A DNA stretch of 64,000 bases from an uncultured Asticcacaulis sp. (lineage in GTDB: Bacteria > Pseudomonadota > Alphaproteobacteria > Caulobacterales > Caulobacteraceae). Position 1 is the first letter of the stretch. Each line of letters opens with the position of its first letter. Where the stretch lies: assembly GCA_965650705.1 (NCBI GenBank), contig CBFGPQ010000002.1, forward strand, positions 10,823 to 74,822, in the 5' to 3' direction. This document shows, one piece after another, positions 37,808-46,389 of this stretch. The position numbers and the translations under genes were made by a program. The notes under the pieces were generated by a model, which made no database searches, was not told the DNA's origin, and was given only the letters and a program-made list of their open reading frames with translations.

Positions 37808-39274
37808 ATGGCCAGACGCCCGAAATCACTACCCAACGAGCTCGAAACCTTGAGCCGGGACGTCGCTGAGCGTTTCAAGGACGTGCCCTGGGAGCTGTTC
37901 GACTCGAAAGACCTCGGCGCCAGCGGAGAGACCCGCTACATGGTCTCGCGCATTCAGAATGACCTGATGAAGGTCGCGGACAAGGACAAGGCCTTGGCTG
38001 GCCGCATCTGGGACACGCATGTGCCGGGCTTTGTCCTAAGGCCGGCTGAGCTGCCGCCGTCCGAAAAGGAACCCGCGCCGGTAAACTCGATAGAACCCGG
38101 CCGCAGCCGGCGTCGTCGCGCGCCGGCCGAGGCCTACCTCGATCAGCCGGTGCAAGCAAAGCACGACATATCCGCCCCTGACATCACCAGATCCCGCAAC
38201 CAAGGTGCAACAGAAAACGCTCAATCCTCCGCCCAACCGCAGGCCGCACTCCCATCGATTGACGATCCCAGCGCCGAAAAGGCCAAACGTCTCTTGGAAG
38301 GTCTGGAAAAGCAGTACCTGAGGGCCGACGACCGTTACCACTTCCGCGACCGCGGCCGCGAAGTGGCCTTCGAGGCCCAGGACAAGAAGCTGGTGACGCA
38401 GTTCGACACGCCTGCGGTCGTCACCTCCATGATCGATCTGGCCGAAGCGCGCGGCTGGTCCTCCTTAAAGCTCAACGGCACGGCCAGCTTCAAACGCGAA
38501 GCCTGGCTTCAGGCGTCCCTCAGGGGTGTCGAAGTGACGGGCTACAAGCCCGGCAAGCTCGATAAAACGAGGCTTGACGAACTCCGAGCCGAACGCAGGT
38601 CAGCATCGCTGCCAAACACGATGGCGCAGGAGAGAGACCGCGCCAATGACACAGCAAGGCTGGCAAACCCGCCATTCTCCGAACCGCGCCCGCCACTGAC
38701 CACGGCTGAGGCACAGTTCGTTGCGGTGATGGAAGCCACGATGCAAAAGCGCGGCGACAGGCCGGAAACGATTGCCAAGGCGCGTGAAGTGGCCAGCGAC
38801 CGGCTAACCAACAACCGGATCCATGTCGGCAAACTGGTCGAGGTCGGATCGGCCCCCTACCAGGACCGTCAGGGTGAAAGAGACAGCCCTTTTGTAACGC
38901 TCGAAAACGACAAAGGCGTGCGCTCGAAGGTCTGGGGCGCCGATCTGCCGCGCGCGCTGCAAGAATCCGGCGCGAAGCCCGGCCAGCGCGTCGCCGTGGC
39001 CCTCGACGGCCGTAAGCCCGTCGAAGTCGATGTGACCGTCAAGGACGGGGCAGGCCAGACAATCCGCACCGAGCGGCAGACGGTCGACCGCAATAACTGG
39101 CGGGTGGTTCAGATCGACAAGCTGCGCGAGGACGCGCGGGATGCCCTGCTGAAACAAGCCCAAAGACAGGCAACCGTACCCGTCCTCAAAACGTTCGACC
39201 GCGCAGCACCTCCTCAGCCGCGCCCGGCCCCTAAGGCGCCGGCCAGATCGCCAGGACAAGAGCGGACACGGTGA
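37808..39274 (+). CDS. LPD7-domain conjugation-associated protein
   Basis: AFEAQDKKL...MIDLAEARGWSSLKLNGT..FKREAWLQA...GYKP (LPD7-like), GSAPY...VWGADL; Arg-rich C-terminus. Confidence 0.72.
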   Translation: MARRPKSLPNELETLSRDVAERFKDVPWELFDSKDLGASGETRYMVSRIQNDLMKVADKDKALAGRIWDTHVPGFVLRPAELPPSEKEPAPVNSIEPGRSRRRRAPAEAYLDQPVQAKHDISAPDITRSRNQGATENAQSSAQPQAALPSIDDPSAEKAKRLLEGLEKQYLRADDRYHFRDRGREVAFEAQDKKLVTQFDTPAVVTSMIDLAEARGWSSLKLNGTASFKREAWLQASLRGVEVTGYKPGKLDKTRLDELRAERRSASLPNTMAQERDRANDTARLANPPFSEPRPPLTTAEAQFVAVMEATMQKRGDRPETIAKAREVASDRLTNNRIHVGKLVEVGSAPYQDRQGERDSPFVTLENDKGVRSKVWGADLPRALQESGAKPGQRVAVALDGRKPVEVDVTVKDGAGQTIRTERQTVDRNNWRVVQIDKLREDARDALLKQAQRQATVPVLKTFDRAAPPQPRPAPKAPARSPGQERTR

Positions 39275-39334
39275 GGGCACAATAGCCAAAAGTAAGCAGC
39301 CGACAGCGCCGTCCAAAATCCCTAGATCATAACT

Positions 39335-39357
39335 GGATTATAATCCGATTATAATCG
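39335..39357. promoter_or_regulatory. Tandem perfect palindromes GGATTATAATCC / CGATTATAATCG (candidate operator)
   Basis: Two 12-bp palindromes sharing base 39346, upstream of the 39395 gene. Confidence 0.55.
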
Positions 39358-39394
39358 CCCTGGTTTCGCCGCTTCCATAACCTGGCTTCCCAAG

Positions 39395-39718
39395 ATGCCC
39401 GACGTCCCAGCACCTTTGGACAAGCCGATGACACCAGACAGGCCAGAGACGCCAAATCCATGTTCGGAGGATACCTTCAGGCGCGCCGCGCTATCGGACG
39501 CCTCTGCGGCCGTTACCGTTCTGCCGTCCGACACCGGAGGGTTTGTCATCGCCCTCCGCCAGCCTGACACGCAAGCAGACCTGCTCCTTGGCACAAGCGA
39601 GCCGCCTAGCGATGTCAGAATATTCGACGACCTCGGCGCCTGCGCACGCACGGCCTCTCAGCTTTCACCCAACAGGCAGGTCTCGTTCGACCTTGGCCTC
39701 CACGACGCATCAGCCTGA
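39395..39718 (+). CDS. Small protein, paralog of 25441-25725
   Basis: RIFDDLGAC...A..L...F.L.LHDA; 3' DNA CTCCACGACGCA..GCCTGA shared with the paralog. Confidence 0.55.
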   Translation: MPDVPAPLDKPMTPDRPETPNPCSEDTFRRAALSDASAAVTVLPSDTGGFVIALRQPDTQADLLLGTSEPPSDVRIFDDLGACARTASQLSPNRQVSFDLGLHDASA

Positions 39719-40057
39719 GCGCCGGTATCAATGGCCGCCTTTGGCCCTTTGCGGACGCGTGGCCATTTACGCTCTTAGTAAAAGCGGAAGTGAATCGACT
39801 CCGATGGCGACTCTAACGCAATTTTTTGTCGTCGGCCACGCGCAGGTCTCTGCGTGGAGAATTATCGGGGATCTGCAGAACTTGATTGCCACTGACGGCG
39901 TTCGTCCGTCTAACCCTGCAATCCGACGTCCCCTTCCGGCCAAAAATCTTAGACTGCGAGGCCCGAGCTACAGTATCCGATTTGGCACCGCCCAGTACTA
40001 GCTACAGAATACCGCTCCAGGTGATAGTGGCTGAGACTTTCCTTTACCGGACAACAG

Positions 40058-40082
40058 CATCGATTTTCCCATGTTAGCCGTA
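40058..40082 (+). promoter_or_regulatory. ECF-type promoter CATC-N17-CGTA (copy 1)
   Basis: Same spacing as the copies at 40870, 43688 and 49419-49443. Confidence 0.55.
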
Positions 40083-40115
40083 AACAAATGACCGCTCCGT
40101 TTGTTTGGCTCCCTA

Positions 40116-40844
40116 ATGAGATTTGATCCTTCTAACATCCTATCACCCGAATTCAAGCGACGCGCGGGCGTTTGGGCCGTTGTGGTGACGGGACATATCC
40201 TTGTTGGCCTTGCGCTTTGTCTGCAACTGAGTGGTCCGGGCGAAAAGTTTGCCGGCGGCCAGGGCGCGATGGTCACCGTTTCACTCGTTTCAACCCTGGA
40301 GCCGGCCGGGCATGTCGCACAGGGCCGCCCTAAGCCTGTGGCCACAGAGTATAAGCCGTCGCCGGTGGCCACCGATGGTCTGGAACCTGCGATCACGCCG
40401 GACGAAGCTGCTTCCCCGTCTTTGAGCGAAGCCGATTTGGAACTCGTTGGCAGCTTCCAATTCACATCGGCGGGAGAGCCGGGGGCGGCCTGTAACCTGA
40501 CGCAGCAGTTGGCCGAAGCCTTTTCACAAAGCCCGGAAGTCCAGCAGGGTATTGCCGCCATTCCAGCATCAGGGCGCTCGGTCGCCAATGCCGTCATGTT
40601 ATGGGATGGACAGTGGGCAGAGGGAACCCAGTCAGGCGGTATGGCGCTGTTACGCGCCCTGTTGGTAAAGGCTGTGGTGTCATCCCGGCCCGAATGTCTA
40701 CGGATGCAAAACCAGGGACCTGTGCTGTTCCTGATACCTGACCGCAAGACGATTGTGGTGCTGGCGGTAGGTTCTGGCCAATGGCGTTGGGCCGACATTC
40801 TGGCGCCATCACCGCAACCTGATGTGATTGCCGCGATCTTCTAA
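40116..40844 (+). CDS. Membrane-anchored hypothetical protein
   Basis: N-terminal TM helix with His, Pro/Ala linker, Cys-containing C-terminal domain (SVANAVMLWDGQW). Confidence 0.6.
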   Translation: MRFDPSNILSPEFKRRAGVWAVVVTGHILVGLALCLQLSGPGEKFAGGQGAMVTVSLVSTLEPAGHVAQGRPKPVATEYKPSPVATDGLEPAITPDEAASPSLSEADLELVGSFQFTSAGEPGAACNLTQQLAEAFSQSPEVQQGIAAIPASGRSVANAVMLWDGQWAEGTQSGGMALLRALLVKAVVSSRPECLRMQNQGPVLFLIPDRKTIVVLAVGSGQWRWADILAPSPQPDVIAAIF

Positions 40845-40869
40845 CTGCGCATTTATTTTTGAATCCCAA

Positions 40870-40898
40870 CATCAAAATCCCGGACCTCCCCGTAGGAG
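40870..40898 (+). promoter_or_regulatory. ECF-type promoter (copy 2) of the DUF4331 operon
   Basis: CATCAAAATCCCGGACCTCCCCGTAGGAG. Confidence 0.7.
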
Positions 40899-40945
40899 TG
40901 ACAGGTCGATCGGATCGGCGGTCGTGTCACGTCCAGGAGGGTTTC

Positions 40946-42547
40946 GTGAGGAAATTGAAGCGCGGCAATCTTGCCATACTCACCACAGTCAGCGTCCTGA
41001 GCCTTACGGCTCTTGCACCGGCAGCGATCGCATCAAGCCACCGCGAAGCGCCCGGCATTACGAAATCACCAAAGGTCGATTCGACCGACTTCTACATGTT
41101 CCGCAGCTACGAACCCGGCAGGGACGGGTTTGTGACCTTCATCGCCAACTACATGCCTCTGCAGGATCCAGGCGGCGGTCCGAACTATTTCACCATGGAC
41201 CCGGACGCGGTCTATGAAATCCATGTCGATAACACCGGCGACGCCAAGGAAGACCTGACCTTCCAGTTCAAGTTTAGCAATGCCCTGGTGGGTAATACGG
41301 GCGTCACGCTGAATGTGGGGGGTACGACGAACGCCATCCCGCTGCGCCACGCTGGCGCCATCTCCGCCGGTAACAACGCAGCGCTCGGCGAGACCGAGAG
41401 CTACACCCTGACGGTCATCAGCGGTGACCGTCGCTCCGGCACAAAGGCCATGGCGACTAACGCCAGCGGCGGCGGAACGAGCTTCACCAAGCCGTTTGAC
41501 AATGCGGGCAAGAAGACGTTTGCCGACTATAACGCCTATGCCAATCAGCATATCTACAACGTGAACCTCCCGGGCTGTTCGACGGCCGGCAAGGTGTTCG
41601 TCGGCCAGCGCGCCGAAGCCTTCGCGGTCAATCTCGGCTCCATCTTCGACCTGGTCAACTTTGTGCCGGTCGAAGGCGACAGCGCGCCCGGCGCCGGTGA
41701 CGGCGGGGGCTTCCCCGGCGGCATCAAGCAGAACCGCGCGAACGACGAACTGGTCGGCAAGAAGAATGTCACCTCGATCGCTATCGAAGTGCCGATCTCA
41801 TGCCTGACAGGCAGCGGCAATGGTGTTATCGGTGGCTGGCAGACGGCCAGCCTGCCGCAAGCGCGTCTGCTGGCGCCGAACGCCACCTACGCCAAGGCGT
41901 CGGTCTCCGGCGGCGCCTATACCCAGGTGTCGCGCCTTGGCATGCCGCTGGTGAACGAAGTGGTTATAGGCCTGCCCGATAAGGACAAGTTCAACGCGTC
42001 CAAGCCCTCGGAAGATGCTCAATTCGGGTCTTACGTAACCAATCCGACCCTGCCGGCCATTCTCAACCTGCTGTTCAAGGATGCCGTCAATGCCACCTTG
42101 GGCACCAACATTCCGAACCTGGCGCCGACGAATTTCCCGCGCAATGACCTGGTGGCTGCCTTCCTGACTGGTGTGCCGTCGCTCAACCAGCTCAAGACGG
42201 TGACGCCGTCCGAGATGATACGCCTCAACACCGCGGTCGCAGTGACCGCGCGTTCCTCGCAGAGCAATCTGGGCGTTGCCGGCGACGATCTGGCGGGTTT
42301 CCCGAACGGGCGCCGTCCGGGTGATGACACGGTGGATATTGCTTTGCGGGTCGCAATGGGCGCGCTCTGCCATCCCATTCCAATCAACTCCGTCCCGACC
42401 AATCTCGGCGTCTGTACGCCGGCTCAGGCTCCGGTCGGGAACGTGCCGTTCACCGACGGTGCGCCGATCAAGGCAACGGATTTGCAAGGCAGCTTCCCCT
42501 ACCTCAACGCTCCGCTGGCCGGTGCGCCGCTCAGCGAACACCGGTAA
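40946..42547 (+). CDS. DUF4331-family secreted protein
   Basis: AGGAGG RBS + GTG, signal peptide, ASSHREAP, DFYMFRSYE, QVSRLGMPLVNEV, GFPNGRRPGDD. Confidence 0.88.
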   Translation: MRKLKRGNLAILTTVSVLSLTALAPAAIASSHREAPGITKSPKVDSTDFYMFRSYEPGRDGFVTFIANYMPLQDPGGGPNYFTMDPDAVYEIHVDNTGDAKEDLTFQFKFSNALVGNTGVTLNVGGTTNAIPLRHAGAISAGNNAALGETESYTLTVISGDRRSGTKAMATNASGGGTSFTKPFDNAGKKTFADYNAYANQHIYNVNLPGCSTAGKVFVGQRAEAFAVNLGSIFDLVNFVPVEGDSAPGAGDGGGFPGGIKQNRANDELVGKKNVTSIAIEVPISCLTGSGNGVIGGWQTASLPQARLLAPNATYAKASVSGGAYTQVSRLGMPLVNEVVIGLPDKDKFNASKPSEDAQFGSYVTNPTLPAILNLLFKDAVNATLGTNIPNLAPTNFPRNDLVAAFLTGVPSLNQLKTVTPSEMIRLNTAVAVTARSSQSNLGVAGDDLAGFPNGRRPGDDTVDIALRVAMGALCHPIPINSVPTNLGVCTPAQAPVGNVPFTDGAPIKATDLQGSFPYLNAPLAGAPLSEHR

Positions 42548-42559
42548 GGAGCGCCAAAC

Positions 42560-42802
42560 ATGAAAAGAGTAATCATCGTTTCGGCCTTGGGCGCCATGGT
42601 TCTGGGTCTAACGGCCTGCGGTGGCGGCGACGGTGGTGGCAAGACCGTCGTCGTCACGCCGCCGGCGCCTGAAGCCAATGCCAAATACGGCGCGGGTTTC
42701 GCCGCCGCGGCTAAGGCGGATGCCAATTCGGAACCGGCTTCGGTCTCGGCGAGTGACGTCGTCGCCGTTGATGCGACAGCGGAACCGACGCCGCTCAATT
42801 AG
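42560..42802 (+). CDS. Small lipoprotein co-transcribed with DUF4331
   Basis: AAGGAG RBS, LTAC lipobox. Confidence 0.8.
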   Translation: MKRVIIVSALGAMVLGLTACGGGDGGGKTVVVTPPAPEANAKYGAGFAAAAKADANSEPASVSASDVVAVDATAEPTPLN

Positions 42803-42817
42803 AGTGCCCGCCGCGTG

Positions 42818-42854
42818 AAAATGCCCGGCCGCAGAGCATGCGACCGGGCATTTT
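42818..42854. terminator. Bidirectional terminator between convergent genes
   Basis: AAAATGCCCGG...CCGGGCATTTT. Confidence 0.75.
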
Positions 42855-42871
42855 GCTTTTCTATTCTGTAT

Positions 42872-43693
42872 TCAAAACCCGAGCGTCAGGCTGGAAAAGA
42901 CGGTTTCAAAATCTGCCTTGGGCTGGCTTACCGGACGCGTCCAGATGACATTCAGCTGCCAGGTTCCATTGCGCGGGATGTCGAAAGCCACACGCCCATT
43001 GGCATCACTGAGCACGCGCTTGATGGGCCGACCATCGAAGTCGAGATTGTTCAGCATGACGGTCGCTCCAGCCAGCGGCCTGCCCATATAGTAGATGCGC
43101 ACGGGTAGCCTGTCCTTATAAGTAGGCGCGTATGGGTTTGCCTCTGGAACGATTTCCAGCGTCAGGCCAACCGGCTTTGTGACCAGTGCATCATCAGCCG
43201 GGGTGTATCCGCCGACCTGCACCAGGGCCTTAGCACGCCGGCTGTAGGTTTCGCGCCCAGGCTTGCCGGTGGCGTTCGTCCGGGTCCGCTGGTCGATAGC
43301 GGGTGTCAGGCCTTCAGCCTTCAGGTAGTCATTGAAACGGATCGCCGGCAGTTCGCTGTAAGTGCCGTTGGTTTCAAAAGACAGCACGTGCAAGCCCGCC
43401 GTTTTGAAGGAAAGCGTCGAGTCGACGTCTTTGTCCCCCAATCGCAGTTCGTTTTTGCGATCGACCCGTCCGGCGGCCGTAATGGACTCGAAGCGCACCA
43501 CGCGATCGCGTTTCATCATCGATTTCTGCCGGTCCTTGCCGTGGCCGACCTGAAGGCTCATGGGCGTCGTGCCGAAGGGTTTGAGGTGAAAGCTCTGCGG
43601 TTGAATCCAGAAGTCGTGGGCCGATGCGAACGGCGCCCAGACCATGACCGCCATGGCAGCGGCAGCCGAAAAAAGCGTTCGGGCTGTCATCAC
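42872..43693 (-). CDS. DUF4198-family periplasmic protein (Ni/Co-associated)
   Basis: Signal peptide ending ASA|HDFWIQP (His at the mature N-terminus), LEIVP..NPY, SDANG. Confidence 0.8.
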   Translation of the reverse strand: MMTARTLFSAAAAMAVMVWAPFASAHDFWIQPQSFHLKPFGTTPMSLQVGHGKDRQKSMMKRDRVVRFESITAAGRVDRKNELRLGDKDVDSTLSFKTAGLHVLSFETNGTYSELPAIRFNDYLKAEGLTPAIDQRTRTNATGKPGRETYSRRAKALVQVGGYTPADDALVTKPVGLTLEIVPEANPYAPTYKDRLPVRIYYMGRPLAGATVMLNNLDFDGRPIKRVLSDANGRVAFDIPRNGTWQLNVIWTRPVSQPKADFETVFSSLTLGF

Positions 43694-43716
43694 TTAACCG
43701 GCCTTCTTCGTAAGAG
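43688..43716 (+). promoter_or_regulatory. ECF-type promoter (copy 3) of the hupE/ureJ operon
   Basis: CATCACTTAACCGGCCTTCTTCGTAAGAG; ATG 43719 sits at the expected TSS. Confidence 0.65.
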
Positions 43717-43718
43717 TT

Positions 43719-44426
43719 ATGATCGTCAACAGGAACCTCCGGATGTCATTGCCGCGCTTTCAAAGTGTCACAGACCATATACGTCGCAATCGGACTTTCG
43801 GGCGGGTCTCGCCGCAATATATTCAGCCGCGCCACCTGTTGACCGCCTTAGCCATGCTGTCGTCCCTCGCTGCCTTTGCTACCCCGGCCGCGGCACACAG
43901 CGGGACGGGGTTGGTCGGAGGTCTCATATCCGGATTTCTACATCCCCTGACCGGATGGGATCACCTTCTGGCCATGGTCTCTGTCGGATTGTGGGGCGCC
44001 GTGCTCGGCCGGCCGCTGATCGTCGCCCTGCCGGTGATCTTTCCGGTTCTGATGGTGGTGGGGGCGTTTCTCGGCATTCTGAACGCGCCACTGCCACCCG
44101 TAGAGCTGGGGATCGCCTTGTCGGTCCTGGTTCTGGGCGGCGTCATTGCCGCTGCTTACAAGGCGCCGGTGTGGCTGGCGTGCGCAGTCGTCGCAATCTT
44201 TGCCGTCTTTCACGGTTACGCCCACGGAAAAGAACTGCCGTCAGCGGCCGACCCGATGGGTTACAGCACCGGCTTCGTGCTGAGTACGGGCTTGCTTCAT
44301 GTCGGCGGGATCGTCATCGGTCTGCTGAACGACTCTGAAAAAGGGCGATGGATCGTGCGCGGCATTGGCGGCGCAATTGCGATCGCCGGCTGTTTCTTCG
44401 TCAGTCAGGCTTTTTCCTTTGCGTGA
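43719..44426 (+). CDS. HupE/UreJ-family Ni/Co permease (start may be further downstream)
   Basis: AAAH, GFLHPLTGWDHLLAMV, FHGYAHG, TGLLH. Confidence 0.9.
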   Translation: MIVNRNLRMSLPRFQSVTDHIRRNRTFGRVSPQYIQPRHLLTALAMLSSLAAFATPAAAHSGTGLVGGLISGFLHPLTGWDHLLAMVSVGLWGAVLGRPLIVALPVIFPVLMVVGAFLGILNAPLPPVELGIALSVLVLGGVIAAAYKAPVWLACAVVAIFAVFHGYAHGKELPSAADPMGYSTGFVLSTGLLHVGGIVIGLLNDSEKGRWIVRGIGGAIAIAGCFFVSQAFSFA

Positions 44427-44898
44427 CACGGTCCTGCCTGTTGCACTGCTGGCCATCGCCCTTGGACTGGCGCTAAGCTACGCCAGCGAGAAGGTGGCCA
44501 GGAACGCCTGCCTAACAGCACTCGGGATAGCCGTCCTGGTGACCCTGGTGCCTTTTGGCACGGTTCCCGAAACCTTTGCTTTTACAATGATCTGCCTGGG
44601 CGTCATCGCACTGGCTGCAACTGTTCACATTCCGGTTGTCCAGCGGCCTTGGGTATATCTCGTTCTTGCAGCCTATGCCGGTCTGTGGGCCGGAGCTGTA
44701 ACGCATGTTTCGGGCAACACAGAGGGGCTTTTGGCGCTGGCCCTGGTACTGCTGTTCATCGCCGGCCGGCTTATCGTGGCGCGCGGCTGGGGGATAGGCA
44801 TTAAGGTCGTATGCAGCTGGCTAATCGCGATTGCCGCACTGGAAATCGGTTTGTTGTTCGTGCCGACACCGGGCTATGTGCCTGACCATATGGAATAG
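44419..44898 (+). CDS. Hypothetical polytopic membrane protein
   Basis: About five TM helices, C-terminal PTPGYVPDHME; overlaps the hupE stop. Confidence 0.7.
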   Translation: MRDTVLPVALLAIALGLALSYASEKVARNACLTALGIAVLVTLVPFGTVPETFAFTMICLGVIALAATVHIPVVQRPWVYLVLAAYAGLWAGAVTHVSGNTEGLLALALVLLFIAGRLIVARGWGIGIKVVCSWLIAIAALEIGLLFVPTPGYVPDHME

Positions 44899-44910
44899 CC
44901 TAGGCCAGGC

Positions 44911-45456
44911 CTAAAGCTGGATGTTGAGGTCGCCGCGCAGGTAAACCATCGCGCCCTTCGGGCACTTCAAGACATGGCGAGAGCCTGGTGGGGCCAGATG
45001 CACTTCGCCGGCCCGAACGACAATGCCATCGCATTCAATCTCACCTTCAACGACCAGGCACTCCTCGGTCAGCAGGTGCGTGTGGCTGATCACCTCGGCG
45101 CCAGGCTCGAGCCGATAGAAGGCCGTAAGAACCTCAGCTTGCCGATCGAGATGGACGACTTTGCGCGTAATGAGCGGCGCGTAGGGCTCCCAGCCCATTT
45201 CGTCGACGCGTACAGTGCGGGTTTCCGGTGATTTAATCCTGTCGTCGACGGCGCGTTCGATACGGTCCCACAGTTGATCGGCACGATCGTTGGATTCAGA
45301 GCTTCCGTGGGCGGCGTAAAAGATCTGGTCGAACCAGGCGACTTTAGCGGCAAAACCGGGATCGGCCAGGATGCGGTCCTCGCAATCGACGATGCCGGCG
45401 ATGTCTAATACGCCGAGGGCGTACTGTGCCGCCAGAATATCGTCAGACTCGTCCAT
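44911..45456 (-). CDS. Anti-sigma factor with cupin domain (ChrR-cupin-like)
   Basis: N-terminal LAAQYALGVL anti-sigma motif, cupin H.H...EECLVVEGE...H.A..GSRH; no TM; coupled to the sigma gene. Confidence 0.78.
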   Translation of the reverse strand: MDESDDILAAQYALGVLDIAGIVDCEDRILADPGFAAKVAWFDQIFYAAHGSSESNDRADQLWDRIERAVDDRIKSPETRTVRVDEMGWEPYAPLITRKVVHLDRQAEVLTAFYRLEPGAEVISHTHLLTEECLVVEGEIECDGIVVRAGEVHLAPPGSRHVLKCPKGAMVYLRGDLNIQL

Positions 45457-46051
45457 AACTCTGTAAGCAATCCTTCAGATGCAGCACGCCCTTGCGCACC
45501 CAACTCTTAGCCGTGCCCACCGGCACGTTCATGACTTCGGCCAATTCCTCATGCGTAAGACCGAAAGTATAACACAATTGCATCGCCTTTTTGACTTCCG
45601 GTGTCAAACCGGCAATGCAGTGCTTAACCGCAAGTGTCGTTTCAATATCGGTGCCATTGAAGTGGATGTCCGACTGCGGCTCAAGCGTCGCGATATCCTC
45701 TTCGAGCCCCAAAACTTCGCGTCGGCTGATCCTTAGACGATCGATCGCCTTGCGCCGTGCCACCGAGAAAAGCCAGACTTCAGCGCTACCCCGCCGGACG
45801 TCGAACTGGTCTGCCTTGCTCCATACCGTCACAAAGACGTCTTGCAGCAATTCGTCGGCCACCTCTTGCCGTCTTACCATACGTACCAGCATGGCGGACA
45901 GACGCGGCATTGTCAGATTGTACAGTGCTTTTAACGACGCCTTGTCGCCTTCGGCGATCCGCTCCAGCAGAAAGTTCAGATTGACCGGTTCATTCACGAT
46001 CGGTCTCGCCCTTTGCGGCGGCGCCGGAACCTTCTGCAATACACTGACCAT
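45443..46051 (-). CDS. ECF RNA polymerase sigma factor
   Basis: ELLQDVFVTVW, WLFSVARRKAIDRLR, GLTHEELA...VPVGTAKSWVR. Confidence 0.92.
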   Translation of the reverse strand: MVSVLQKVPAPPQRARPIVNEPVNLNFLLERIAEGDKASLKALYNLTMPRLSAMLVRMVRRQEVADELLQDVFVTVWSKADQFDVRRGSAEVWLFSVARRKAIDRLRISRREVLGLEEDIATLEPQSDIHFNGTDIETTLAVKHCIAGLTPEVKKAMQLCYTFGLTHEELAEVMNVPVGTAKSWVRKGVLHLKDCLQSYGRV

Positions 46052-46389
46052 GCCCGAGCTCCCGAATTCCCAACGCCATCTCTGTTGCCGGTGCGTAAGG
46101 TTTCAATGTGTCAGGTGTGAAAGACGTTCGCTGCAACACTGACTGGCCTTCCGCTCTCGGCAAACATACCGACTTATCAACGCTGTACTGTCGCCGACAC
46201 GGAAGGAGGCAAACCCTGTGTTTGCATCTCTGTGCTGGTAATGACACGGACTGAGCCGACGAATGCCCCTGGGGTCGATCAGGGTAGACGACTGCATTAT
46301 TGTCCGTATCGCCACTCCAGAGGAATAGGCGTAACAGATACGCAGGCTGTTATGCGCAGGATCACTTTCGTTGCGAAATTCTACGACGT

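Noticed and set aside
6099-39718. Integrative conjugative element
   Set aside because: No integrase or att site seen in the window; RepA, DnaA box, repeats and par genes point to a plasmid, though integration cannot be excluded
43780-43804. Fifth ECF promoter for DUF4198 (minus strand CGCC-N17-CGTA)
   Set aside because: The -35 element matches CATC at only 2 of 4 positions
46103-46315. 70-aa ORF upstream of the sigma gene
   Set aside because: No RBS, no motifs and atypical composition; more likely leader or intergenic sequence
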